DNA of 37,391 nucleotides from Candidatus Woesearchaeota archaeon (GTDB taxonomy: Archaea > Nanobdellota > Nanobdellia > SCGC-AAA011-G17 > GW2011-AR18): contig JAGVXZ010000025.1 in the NCBI GenBank assembly GCA_018303515.1, positions 1 to 37,391 on the forward strand. Reading direction: 5' to 3'. The translations under genes and the position numbers were made by a program. The notes under the pieces are model-generated. The model saw nothing but the letters and a program-made list of their open reading frames with translations, made no database searches and was not told where the DNA came from. Below, piece by piece: positions 1-8,379 of the stretch; the first letter of the stretch is position 1; each line of letters opens with the position of its first letter.

Positions 1-615
1 TCCTACTTCATTCAGCTCTTTATATTCTTCAATTCCAATTCCAGCTCTAATTAAATTTTCAAAAACAAGTTGGGCACCTGTACAAAGATCACAATTGCTT
101 GGATTAATTATATTAATACTCACTTTTCCAACAATTCTATTCTCTTTAATACTAAAGAATGGTGGTAATATATCTGAAAAAACTAAACCATTACTTACTT
201 TTGTAAAACTTTTTCCAAAATCCAATTTTTCAATTTCTCCTTCTATCAAAAAAGCAGGTAATTTTTTTAAATCATATTTGCTTATATAATCAGAAGCCTC
301 AGAAGCTTTCAACGTAACTTCTTTTACAACCTTAACATTTAATTTCTTAAATTCTTCAACTTTATTTTCTATTAAGAAACATCCTTCACAAGATTTATCC
401 GGTTTAATTATTAAGATTTCTACATCAGCTGGTCTTGCTTCTTCAATAGACTTGTCTATTTCTTTAATTAAACTACTACTCAAAGTAAATGTTTGATAAA
501 TATTAAAAATTAAAAGAATTAATAGAAGAAAAGCTAGAGTTTTAAACCACTTTAAAAAGTCAATTTTATCTAAATTAAACTTTCTAAGATCCAATTTAAT
601 CTTTTCTTCTACCAT
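1..615 (-). CDS. membrane-anchored thioredoxin-fold / protein-disulfide-oxidoreductase-like protein; C-terminus lies beyond the window edge
   Basis: Absent from the ORF track because no stop lies in the window. ATG at 615..613, and the frame stays open for all 205 codons to base 1. My translation starts MVEEKIKLDLRKFNLDKIDFLKWFKTLAFLLLILLIFNIYQ (one N-terminal TM helix). Two CxxC motifs follow (KSCEGCF and SNCDLCT), suggesting two Trx-like half-domains as in archaeal PDO-type oxidoreductases. The family assignment is inference. Confidence 0.6.
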   Translation of the reverse strand, partial: MVEEKIKLDLRKFNLDKIDFLKWFKTLAFLLLILLIFNIYQTFTLSSSLIKEIDKSIEEARPADVEILIIKPDKSCEGCFLIENKVEEFKKLNVKVVKEVTLKASEASDYISKYDLKKLPAFLIEGEIEKLDFGKSFTKVSNGLVFSDILPPFFSIKENRIVGKVSINIINPSNCDLCTGAQLVFENLIRAGIGIEEYKELNEVG

Positions 616-628
616 TTTAAATTAAAAA

Positions 629-648
629 CTAACACCCTCCTACCATTT
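629..648. repeat. 20-nt exact direct repeat, copy 1 (ctaacaccctcctaccattt)
   Basis: Identical to 846..865. On the minus strand it reads AAATGGTAGGAGGGTGTTAG, i.e. MVGGC-stop. Confidence 0.9.
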
Positions 649-841
649 GTGGAAGATTATCCAAGCTATTTCCTGAAACACTTGCACTTCCAGAACTACT
701 TGATGATACTGAAGAGCTACCACCTAACTTTACTTTACCATCATCTATTTTGTCCTTTAATGTAGTTAATTGAAATGCTTGAACTCCTGATACTATTACA
801 AGCAAAGCTACAACAACTACTAAAACCATATTCTTATTCAT
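629..841 (-). CDS. small signal-anchored Ser-rich protein with C-terminal LPQMVGGC tail
   Basis: 70-aa ORF with an ATG start. Hydrophobic N-terminus (MVLVVVVALLVIVSGVQA), then a Ser/Gly-rich linker, ending LDNLPQMVGGC-stop. Only a 4-nt gap to the upstream gene on the same strand. Confidence 0.6.
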   Translation of the reverse strand: MNKNMVLVVVVALLVIVSGVQAFQLTTLKDKIDDGKVKLGGSSSVSSSSSGSASVSGNSLDNLPQMVGGC

Positions 842-845
842 TTTT

Positions 846-865
846 CTAACACCCTCCTACCATTT
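846..865. repeat. 20-nt exact direct repeat, copy 2 (ctaacaccctcctaccattt)
   Basis: Identical to 629..648. The GGAGG inside it (857..853) lies 11 nt upstream of the ATG (841) of the next gene. Confidence 0.9.
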
Positions 866-1544
866 CAGGTAAACTTTGTGAAGCCTGGCCTCCATTACCT
901 GCTACCTTCATAGTTAATTCCACCATATACTTCGGAAACCATATTGCTTTCCATCTCATTACTTCTTTTAAAATTTCCGCGTCCGTATAATCAGTATTCA
1001 GCATTAACCAAAAAGTTAAAGTTTGTACTGCAGGATTATGCTTACATCCACATCTTGATTTTCCTTTTGCATCAACCCCCTGTGCTCCGATTCCACAACA
1101 AAATTCACATGAAATGCCTCTTGGATTAGCTGCTAAATTCAGATATCTACTCCATACTTCTGGGTTTGTCTCTACCTTTGCCTTTAATGCATTATATCCG
1201 GATGCCATTTTATCCAAAGAAACAACTGGATCATCAAATGAGATTCCCATCTCTGCACCATATTCAGGAACCCCCCTAGGAACAATCATAGAAATTGCAT
1301 CATCTGCTGCCCTTACATCCTGCACGGGAAACAAAGCTGCAATTGCATCTGCAGTTGATTTAATTTCATTAATATTAACATTACTTAAATCTCCACCAGA
1401 AAAAGAAGTATATCTTATCCCTAAACTACTTGTGATTAAAGATAGTTGCACTTGATTAAATATCAGAAAAACTGCCACAACCCCTATGAGAATAAATCCA
1501 GATCTATTAAGTGAACTTTTTTCTTTCACAATTTTAGTGGACAT
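846..1544 (-). CDS. exported Cys-rich (PCYCGC-motif-like) putative metal-binding protein with C-terminal LPEMVGGC tail
   Basis: 232-aa ORF with an ATG start and an N-terminal TM anchor (GFILIGVVAVFLIF). The Cys cluster ISCEFCCGIGAQGVDAKGKSRCGCKHNP resembles, by eye, the PCYCGC-motif family seen next to copper genes. Ends QSLPEMVGGC-stop. Confidence 0.7.
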   Translation of the reverse strand: MSTKIVKEKSSLNRSGFILIGVVAVFLIFNQVQLSLITSSLGIRYTSFSGGDLSNVNINEIKSTADAIAALFPVQDVRAADDAISMIVPRGVPEYGAEMGISFDDPVVSLDKMASGYNALKAKVETNPEVWSRYLNLAANPRGISCEFCCGIGAQGVDAKGKSRCGCKHNPAVQTLTFWLMLNTDYTDAEILKEVMRWKAIWFPKYMVELTMKVAGNGGQASQSLPEMVGGC

Positions 1545-1643
1545 AAACCAACACTAAGTTTAACATTTATATATCACTATGGGTATAAACGAACCATAAA
1601 AAACAACCCCATTAACTCAAATTTAGGGATTATATTGTTTATT

Positions 1644-2162
1644 TCACCATTTCCCAGAAAAATATATCAACTTTGTTTTTTTCTTATCAATTCTTTTAAT
1701 TAAACCTTTTTTTTCCAGATCCTGAAGAATTTGACTAAGCTTTGCCTTAGACATTTTCACTTTTAAAAATAGACTACTTTGTGAAATTCCTTCATCATCT
1801 TTTATAAATTTAATGACTTCCTTTGTTGATTCATCTAACCCCATTAACAAAATTTTAAATTTTTCATCAGATTCTAACTTAGATTTATTTTCTTCCAGTC
1901 TCTTTAATATTTCTTCTTCACCTTTATAAAAAAAGAGAAGATAAGCACCTAAAGCAATTATAAATCCTACAACTCCAAAAGCAAAATGTGTTATGTTAAG
2001 ATTTTTTTCAATTGATTTACATCCAGGTTCTTGAAAACAACCCATTTTTTCACTTTTACTATCCAACTGCGAAAAAATATTAACAAGTATAAAACCAACA
2101 ACAAAACCTAATGCAAGAACTACAATTCCTATTTTTTTAAGATTCACAATAAAAAGATACAT
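1644..2162 (-). CDS. membrane-tethered winged-helix transcription regulator (2 TM + C-terminal wHTH)
   Basis: 172 aa. TM1 is IGIVVLALGFVVGFILVNIF, followed by a loop GCFQEPGCKSIEKNLNITH and TM2 FAFGVVGFIIALGAYLLFFY. A MarR/ArsR-like wHTH follows (ISQSSLFLKVKMSKAKLSQILQDLEKKGLIKRI). Same architecture as 6253..6732. Confidence 0.7.
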   Translation of the reverse strand: MYLFIVNLKKIGIVVLALGFVVGFILVNIFSQLDSKSEKMGCFQEPGCKSIEKNLNITHFAFGVVGFIIALGAYLLFFYKGEEEILKRLEENKSKLESDEKFKILLMGLDESTKEVIKFIKDDEGISQSSLFLKVKMSKAKLSQILQDLEKKGLIKRIDKKKTKLIYFSGKW

Positions 2163-2236
2163 CCTTTAATTTATAAAATTAACTCTTCATATACTTGAAA
2201 CTCTAAAGTTAAAAAATAAAATTAAAAAAATAAAAA

Positions 2237-2482
2237 CTAAAATTTATTATATAAATACGCAAAGATGTACAGAGTAATAAATGTCCAAACTCCTGCTTCA
2301 ATCATCCCACCAACAATTCCTATTAAACTGGATGAGAAAAACAAGTGCCATTTACTCATTGCTTCAGCTGCATTAACATATATACCTACATTCCAACCAA
2401 TGCCTAGAAGTAACATACAAGCTGCTGCAATAACTGCCCCTGCAAATCCTAATTCTTTTTCCTCTAATTTTTGTTTTGCCAT
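2237..2482 (-). CDS. small multi-pass membrane protein, function unknown
   Basis: 81 aa with a strong SD (GGAGGTG, 5-nt spacer) before the ATG. Hydrophobic segments include GAVIAAACMLLLGIGW and LIGIVGGMIEAGVWTFITLYIFAYLY. Confidence 0.6.
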   Translation of the reverse strand: MAKQKLEEKELGFAGAVIAAACMLLLGIGWNVGIYVNAAEAMSKWHLFFSSSLIGIVGGMIEAGVWTFITLYIFAYLYNKF

Positions 2483-2497
2483 TTTTTCACCTCCCTT

Positions 2498-2899
2498 TCA
2501 ATTCCATATAAAAATTCTTTTATCCATTTTAGGAATACCTTCAATTACGAGAGAATATTCCCCAATTATTTCTTCATTAGTTTTAAAAATTAGTAAACCT
2601 CCAGAATGATGGCTTCCCAGTATTGGTACAGAATCTGGTTTAATTTTTTTACCATTAATCTCTAAGGTTGTAATCTCTTTAAGATTATAAGGTTCTAAAT
2701 TAACAGAATGAGTATTTACCAAGATACTAAATTCTAATTTCCCCTCACCAATTTGTGTTGGTGTAATATCAATACTTACATCGCCATCTTCAAAGCTCCC
2801 TGTAGATTTAGTTTCAAATTTTTGTTCTTGAAACTCATTATTTTCTTTTGTACATCCAAATATTAATACAATTATAAGAATAATAAATAATCTCTTCAT
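2498..2899 (-). CDS. secreted lipoprotein, beta-rich, with His pair (GSHHSGG)
   Basis: 133 aa with a lipobox-like LIFGC (Cys16). It overlaps the upstream gene 2896..3300 by 4 nt, which suggests an operon. No family recognised. Confidence 0.65.
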   Translation of the reverse strand: MKRLFIILIIVLIFGCTKENNEFQEQKFETKSTGSFEDGDVSIDITPTQIGEGKLEFSILVNTHSVNLEPYNLKEITTLEINGKKIKPDSVPILGSHHSGGLLIFKTNEEIIGEYSLVIEGIPKMDKRIFIWN

Positions 2900-3300
2900 T
2901 TTTTCTTTCTCCCTTTAATATAACTAATTATGCTAACGAAAACTAAAATACTTCCAATTATCCAGAAAACAATTCTAAAATTTTCTAGAAATTTAAAGGG
3001 TATCCCTGCAAGAATAATTCCTAGATTAAATAAAATTAATTCTCTTGAAATACATCCCCTTTTAATATAAAAATAAAAGACTAGAATTAACATTAAAACT
3101 GCAAATATCCAGACTGGAACTGCAATTTTTGTAAGAAAAAAGAGAGGCATACCTATAAGTGTAATCCCTACTAAACTTAAGAGAGTAATCAAACCAAGAC
3201 AAATATTATGACACACTTGCCAAGATCCCAATATACTAGTAATACCAGAGAGACTTCCAGTTATCCCTACAAGTTTTTCTTTAAATCTGTTAATAACCAT
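2896..3300 (-). CDS. 4-TM membrane protein with CxxxC in first helix (WQVCHNICLG)
   Basis: 134 aa, ATG at 3300, four hydrophobic helices. It sits in the operon between the TRASH micro-gene and the lipoprotein gene. Confidence 0.6.
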   Translation of the reverse strand: MVINRFKEKLVGITGSLSGITSILGSWQVCHNICLGLITLLSLVGITLIGMPLFFLTKIAVPVWIFAVLMLILVFYFYIKRGCISRELILFNLGIILAGIPFKFLENFRIVFWIIGSILVFVSIISYIKGRKKK

Positions 3301-3306
3301 TTGTAA

Positions 3307-3462
3307 TCAATGACAACATGAACCTCCATGATTTTTTTGACTCTTTTCAAATTCATTAACACATTTTTCACTACAGAACCACTTGCCATTTTTTGTAATA
3401 CCACTTCCTTTTTTTTCTTTCATCCCACATACGGGATCTTTTTTCTTAAAAATTTCTAACAT
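3307..3462 (-). CDS. 51-aa TRASH/YHS-domain metal-binding micro-protein
   Basis: Not in the ORF track (under 60 aa). ATG at 3462..3460 is preceded by GGAGGG. My translation is MLEIFKKKDPVCGMKEKKGSGITKNGKWFCSEKCVNEFEKSQKNHGGSCCH-stop (TGA at 3309..3307). DPVCGM...WFCSEKC is the TRASH/YHS Cys signature, also present at the CopA N-terminus. Confidence 0.7.
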   Translation of the reverse strand: MLEIFKKKDPVCGMKEKKGSGITKNGKWFCSEKCVNEFEKSQKNHGGSCCH

Positions 3463-3508
3463 TTTTCTCCCTCCTAACTTAAAGACTAGGTATTTAAATT
3501 ACCAGAAT

Positions 3509-5857
3509 CTATTTTGGCCTCCATCTTTTCATAATTAAAGAATTGCCTACAACACTAATTGAAGAGAACCCCATTGCTATACCTGCTATAACAGGTGATA
3601 ATAACCATCCCGTAAAAGGAAATAAAACACCAGCAGCAACTGGAATTCCAACAAGATTATAGAAAAAAGCCCAAAACAAATTTTGTTTTATTTTTCTCAT
3701 AGTATATTTACTTAAATCAATGGAATAAATAACATCTCTAAGATCATCTTTAATTAAAACAATGTCACCTGATTCTATTGCTACATCAGTACCAGTACCT
3801 ATTGCAATTCCTATATCTGATTGTGTTAATGCTGGTGCATCATTAATGCCATCTCCTACCATTGCCACAACCCCCTTTTTTTGTAGTTCCTTAATATTTT
3901 CAGATTTTTCAGAAGGCAATACTTCTGCTAAAACTTGATCAATATCTAATTGCTTTGCTATTGCTTCCCCGGTTCTTTTATTATCTCCGGTTATCATAAC
4001 AACTTTGATTTTTCTTTCATGTAATTTTTGTATAGCCTCTAAAGAATGCTCTTTTAAAGTATCAGCCACCGCAATACAACCAATAAAACTATTATTAACA
4101 GAAACCAACATTACAGTTTTACCTTCACGTTCTAATTTAGATATTTTTTCCTCATGTGATCTAAAATTTATTTTATTAGAATTCATTAATTCTCTGTTTC
4201 CTAACAATATTTTTTTATTCCCATAATTTCCACTAACCCCTTTTCCAGTAAACGATTCGAAACCTTTGACTTCCGGAATTTTCATTCTCAAACTTTTTGC
4301 TTTCATTACTATCGCTTCACCAAGCGGATGTTCAGAATGTTTTTCAACTAATGCTCCAAATTTAATTAGATCATTATCTTTATACTTATTTAATGATAAG
4401 ATATCTGTAACTTCTGGTTTACCTTTCGTTAATGTCCCAGTCTTATCAAAAACAACAGTATTTATTTTAGAAAATTTTTGTAATGCATCAGCAGTTTTTA
4501 TTAAAACCCCTCTCTCAGCTCCTAACCCTACACCCACCATAATAGCTGTCGGTGTAGCTAATCCTAAAGCACAAGGACAAGCTATAATTAGTACAGCTAC
4601 AAAAGCAGTTAATGCAAATGTTACTCCTGCTCCTAAAAAATACCACACTAAAAATGTTATTATTGCAAGAATAACAACTATTGGTACAAAGTAGTAAGAA
4701 ACTTTATCAGCAAGCTCTTGAATTGGTGCTTTTGATCCCTGTGCTTCTTTAACTAATTTTACAATTTGTGCTAATACAGTATCTGATCCAACTTTAGTAG
4801 CCTTAAATTTAAAACTACCAGTCTTATTGATTGTTGCTCCAATCACTTGATTTCCTTTATTCTTTTCTACAGGAATACTCTCTCCCGTAATCATACTTTC
4901 ATCCACAGAAGAATTTCCAGAAATTACAATCCCATCAACTGGAATTTTAGCTCCAGGTTTAACTAAAATAATATCTCCAACTCTAACATTCTCAATTGGA
5001 ATTCTAATTTCTTTATTATTTCTAATTACTATTGCAGTTTTTGCTTGTAAACCAATTAATTTTTTAATTGCTGCTGAAGTTTTTCCTTTAGTAATTACTT
5101 CTAAATATTTTCCAAGTAAAATAAATGTAATTAAAACCCCAGCCACTTCAAAATAAGCACCTTCACCCCCCAAAAACATAACACTGACACTATAAATAAT
5201 TGCAGCCCATACTCCTATAGTTATAAGGGAATCCATATTTGGAGTAAAATTAACTAAAGATTTTAAACCGGAACTAAAAATCTTCCAACCCGCAATTAGA
5301 ACTGGTATAATTAATATTACCTGTAAAAAATAGAGTTTGAATTCAGATACATTTAGAGAAGGCCATACAAACAAATCTAAGAACATAAAATATAATAATG
5401 GTAATGAAAAAATTAAAGAAATAATAAATCTCCTTTTTAAATTTTTAATTTCCTTAAGCTCATCTTCTTCATGAGACGATTCTTTAGTAACATGATTTTC
5501 ATAGCCAGCATTTTTAACAGCTGCCATTAATGAACTTTCATTAGTTTTAGAAGAATTGAATCTTATTTCAACCTCTTTTACAGCAACATTCGTTTTAACA
5601 TTACTAACTCCACCCACCCTCAACAACGAAGTTTCTACTATTCCAGCACAATGTTGTGATCCCATCCCAGGAACAGATAAGATTACAATATTATTTGCAT
5701 TATTTTCTTTTTTAATTTCAATTTTCTTTTCATCTTTTCCAAGAAATTTATCTAAACAGTCTTTATTACAAAAATAATAAGTCTTATTATTTGAAGTATG
5801 TATAAATTTAGTTCGTTTTGGATTTACTTCCATCCCACAAATTGGATCCTTAACCAT
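3509..5857 (-). CDS. copA: copper(I)-translocating P1B-type ATPase with N-terminal TRASH/YHS domain
   Basis: P-type ATPase motifs are present: [20 protein letters not shown] (CPC), FDKTGTLT and GDGINDAP. The N-terminus reads KDPICGMEV...YYFCNKDC (TRASH). An HMA-like domain follows, with GMGSQHCAG in place of GMTCxxC. The track ORF begins at a TTG (5887). The ATG at 5857 gives MVKDPICGM and overlaps the upstream stop by 1 nt (TGATG). Confidence 0.95.
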   Translation of the reverse strand: MVKDPICGMEVNPKRTKFIHTSNNKTYYFCNKDCLDKFLGKDEKKIEIKKENNANNIVILSVPGMGSQHCAGIVETSLLRVGGVSNVKTNVAVKEVEIRFNSSKTNESSLMAAVKNAGYENHVTKESSHEEDELKEIKNLKRRFIISLIFSLPLLYFMFLDLFVWPSLNVSEFKLYFLQVILIIPVLIAGWKIFSSGLKSLVNFTPNMDSLITIGVWAAIIYSVSVMFLGGEGAYFEVAGVLITFILLGKYLEVITKGKTSAAIKKLIGLQAKTAIVIRNNKEIRIPIENVRVGDIILVKPGAKIPVDGIVISGNSSVDESMITGESIPVEKNKGNQVIGATINKTGSFKFKATKVGSDTVLAQIVKLVKEAQGSKAPIQELADKVSYYFVPIVVILAIITFLVWYFLGAGVTFALTAFVAVLIIACPCALGLATPTAIMVGVGLGAERGVLIKTADALQKFSKINTVVFDKTGTLTKGKPEVTDILSLNKYKDNDLIKFGALVEKHSEHPLGEAIVMKAKSLRMKIPEVKGFESFTGKGVSGNYGNKKILLGNRELMNSNKINFRSHEEKISKLEREGKTVMLVSVNNSFIGCIAVADTLKEHSLEAIQKLHERKIKVVMITGDNKRTGEAIAKQLDIDQVLAEVLPSEKSENIKELQKKGVVAMVGDGINDAPALTQSDIGIAIGTGTDVAIESGDIVLIKDDLRDVIYSIDLSKYTMRKIKQNLFWAFFYNLVGIPVAAGVLFPFTGWLLSPVIAGIAMGFSSISVVGNSLIMKRWRPK

Positions 5858-6183
5858 CAAATCTTTCTCCCAATTAGATGAACACAATATATTCCCATAT
5901 GTTCATCAATTAATTTCATTAGGGGTTTAATTGTTTTTTTATTTAAGGAATAATATCTTTGCTTTCCTTTTTGTTCAGAAAAAACCATCCCGCATCTTTC
6001 TAATCTTTTTAGGTTATGGGAAACCATTGTTTGTTCAAATTTAGTATAATTACAAATCTCTCCAACATTAAGATTCTTATTTCTTAACACATTTAAAATT
6101 TTCAATCTGTTTGGGTTTGATAAAGACCCAAAAAATAAATTGTAAGTTTCAAGTGAATGTTTCATATATGAAATAAGCATCAT
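5857..6183 (-). CDS. ArsR/SmtB-family metal-responsive transcription regulator
   Basis: 108 aa with the typical ArsR wHTH core: [50 protein letters not shown]...RYYSLN. It is translationally coupled to copA. Confidence 0.85.
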   Translation of the reverse strand: MMLISYMKHSLETYNLFFGSLSNPNRLKILNVLRNKNLNVGEICNYTKFEQTMVSHNLKRLERCGMVFSEQKGKQRYYSLNKKTIKPLMKLIDEHMGIYCVHLIGRKI

Positions 6184-6252
6184 ATGATATTTAAATCTTA
6201 TGTTTTTGAATGAATTAACAAAATTTATATACTCCTACCTCAGACATTATTT

Positions 6253-6732
6253 ATGGAAAATTTTGATACAAAGAATTTAGGTAAGATCCTAATAATCTTA
6301 TCAATTTTACTTCTATTCATACTCACGTCTGTTAAAATGAACTATGATAAAAATGGAGCTGTCCTTTGTGAAGCAATTGCTGAAAGCCCATCAATGGATA
6401 TGGAAAACTGTCCATATCATAATAACAATAATTCTTGGTTAATCGTTTTAGCATTTAGTATTGTATTCCTAATTCTTGGTGGAGGAATTTTTCTTTTTTT
6501 AAGAAATAAGCAATTAGATTATAAGCAGATTGACTTTTCAAGATTAAACGAAGAAGAAAAACAAATTTATAATCTAATTAAAGAAAAAGATGGTTCAATT
6601 TATCAAAGTGAAATTATGAAAGAACTTGAATTTTCAAAGGTTAAAACCACAAGACTTCTTGATCTTATGGAAAGCAAAAAGATTTTAGAAAGAAAAAGAA
6701 GGGGCATGACAAACATTATCATTCTTAAATAA
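6253..6732 (+). CDS. membrane-tethered winged-helix transcription regulator (2 TM + C-terminal wHTH), paralogue of 1644..2162
   Basis: 159 aa. TM1 is ILIILSILLLFILTSV, followed by a loop LCEAIAESPSMDMENCPYH (Cys/Met/His rich) and TM2 WLIVLAFSIVFLILGGGIFLF. A wHTH follows (SIYQSEIMKELEFSKVKTTRLLDLMESKKILERK). A TATA-like tttatata lies about 25 nt upstream of the ATG. Confidence 0.7.
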   Translation: MENFDTKNLGKILIILSILLLFILTSVKMNYDKNGAVLCEAIAESPSMDMENCPYHNNNNSWLIVLAFSIVFLILGGGIFLFLRNKQLDYKQIDFSRLNEEEKQIYNLIKEKDGSIYQSEIMKELEFSKVKTTRLLDLMESKKILERKRRGMTNIIILK

Positions 6733-6733
6733 A

Positions 6734-8260
6734 CTAATTTACAACAATCTTACCTTTCATTCCAGCTTCTGTATGCCCTGGAAGATTGCAAGTAAACAAA
6801 AACTCTCCAGTTTTTTTTGGAGTAAACTCTACTAATGTGGTACTATCACCTTTAAGAATTTCATGTACATTTAACTCATCAATATCAAAAGAATGAGTAA
6901 AATCAAGATTTTTTATTTCCATTACAGTTTTAGTATCCACTTTTATATTTATAATATTAGGTGAAAATCCCATACTATACGCATTCATATGAATTATCTC
7001 TCCCGGAGTTACTGTGACTTCAGTGTTTTGCGTATCAATATTCGCTGGAATAAGTAGTAATGCCCAAAGAGAGAAAATTATAATTAAGAAAATTAATTGA
7101 AGAATTTTAACAAAGAAATTAGAATATGCTTTTTTAATTAAATATGCACTCCACATTCCACTAATTATTAAAATAATTGCCTTTGAATAACTAATAAAAC
7201 CATCTTTGAAGTGTAAAGTTGGTCCAAGAAAACCAAAGAAAATTGTAAAGAACATAATCCCAAATACTATTGGAAGATAATAATAACCAGATTCTGTTAA
7301 AAATCCTTTTAATTTTATTTGATTAAGTTTAGCACAAACAATCCCAAACAAACTAAAAACTAATAAAAAGATTCCAATAGAGAATACAAAATCGAATCCA
7401 CGAAGTAAATATCCAGTAACTTCTAAATTAAATAATAAAATTATTTTTCTTATTAAAAAAACTCCTTTATTTGTTAATATAAAACTTAAACCCAAAAGTG
7501 CAATTATAAAATAAGATTCACTTAATGTAAAGTTAATTCTATTTTCTATTTCCTTTCCAGGTCTCGTTATTCCAATGTGTGCAGAAGAATAAGGACAATT
7601 TTTTATACAATTAGTACATATCAAACAATCCTTATTACTTTGAATATTTGGAACATCATTAAACATTGGACAAGGTTGTTCTTTACGTCCTAATATGCAC
7701 CATTTTTCACTACATTTTTCACATATTTTTTTTCTTACTCGAACTCCTATAATCGAAAGTCTGCTAAAAACTCCAAGTAAGGTTCCAATCGGGCAAAATA
7801 ATCTACAAAATAATCCTCTTTTAAGAAAAATACCTGTAAGAATAGATAAAATTAGAAAACCAATGAAGAAACTAAGAGTTATTTTTGTAGATAAGAATAA
7901 TCCTGAAATCTGTTCAATATATACAACAATAAAGAATAATACAAACGGAATAAAACTCCATTTTCTAAAATTAATTAGTTTGCCCTCATTTAATTTATTT
8001 CCCAACTGGTTAGTAAATCTTAAGGGGCATAAAAATCCACACCAACTTCTTCCAAGAAAAAAGAGTGTAAGATATAATAATGGCCACCAAAGGATCCATA
8101 CAACCCACATAGCAGACTTACTAGTAAATTCGTAAGAAAAGATCTTAATTGTTCCAAGAAGAAAAGTTAAAATTATTCCTATAAAAATAATTAACCCAAT
8201 TACCCTTATAAAAAGATTTATTTTTTTAATTACAAGATTAACTCTTTCTTCTAATTCCAT
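6734..8260 (-). CDS. NapH/CcoG-like polyferredoxin membrane protein fused to a C-terminal cupredoxin (type-1 copper) domain
   Basis: 508 aa. It has two CxxxCP motifs (WCGFLCP, FCRLFCPIG) and Fe-S Cys clusters (CEKCSEKWC...CP, CLICTNCIKNCP). Many TM helices follow. The C-terminus carries H...C-x4-H-x4-M ligands (FTHSFDI...FTCNLPGHTEAGMKGKIVV). Confidence 0.8.
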   Translation of the reverse strand: MELEERVNLVIKKINLFIRVIGLIIFIGIILTFLLGTIKIFSYEFTSKSAMWVVWILWWPLLYLTLFFLGRSWCGFLCPLRFTNQLGNKLNEGKLINFRKWSFIPFVLFFIVVYIEQISGLFLSTKITLSFFIGFLILSILTGIFLKRGLFCRLFCPIGTLLGVFSRLSIIGVRVRKKICEKCSEKWCILGRKEQPCPMFNDVPNIQSNKDCLICTNCIKNCPYSSAHIGITRPGKEIENRINFTLSESYFIIALLGLSFILTNKGVFLIRKIILLFNLEVTGYLLRGFDFVFSIGIFLLVFSLFGIVCAKLNQIKLKGFLTESGYYYLPIVFGIMFFTIFFGFLGPTLHFKDGFISYSKAIILIISGMWSAYLIKKAYSNFFVKILQLIFLIIIFSLWALLLIPANIDTQNTEVTVTPGEIIHMNAYSMGFSPNIINIKVDTKTVMEIKNLDFTHSFDIDELNVHEILKGDSTTLVEFTPKKTGEFLFTCNLPGHTEAGMKGKIVVN

Positions 8261-8379
8261 ATTTTATATTCCATTAGAACTTCTTTAATTACTTTTATCT
8301 GAAACTAGTTTCATAAGTATTTAGTTATGTTGTTTCTATCTTTAAAATATCATGAGTTATATAAGGAGGTTGTAAAAAA

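Noticed and set aside
95-289. 64-aa plus-strand ORF from the track
   Set aside because: It lies entirely antisense to the much longer open frame of the Trx-fold gene (1..615) and has low-complexity hydrophobic composition typical of shadow ORFs in AT-rich DNA.
664-724. Ser-rich coding tract (GGSSSVSSSSSGSASVSGNS) as a possible tandem DNA repeat or slippage site
   Set aside because: The underlying codons are heterogeneous and there is no nucleotide-level periodic repeat. It is simply a low-complexity linker.
944-2609. Plus-strand track ORFs 944..1129, 1114..1455 and 2265..2609
   Set aside because: They are antisense shadows of 846..1544 and 2237..2899. The minus-strand products have signal anchors, motifs and RBSs, and the plus-strand ones have none.
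5858-5887. Longer TTG-initiated N-terminus for copA (track start 5887). The same issue applies to the TTG starts at 11584 (phosphoesterase) and 18719 (peroxiredoxin).
   Set aside because: In each case the track 'M' is a TTG. An in-frame ATG a few codons downstream gives a conserved-looking N-terminus ([15 protein letters not shown]...GDIHLG, MEDYKIV) and better intergenic geometry.
4005-8135. Plus-strand track ORFs inside copA (4005..4226, 4266..4694, 5556..5777) and inside the polyferredoxin gene (7695..8135)
   Set aside because: They are antisense to genes with unambiguous family motifs, and no independent start signals or recognisable domains are present.
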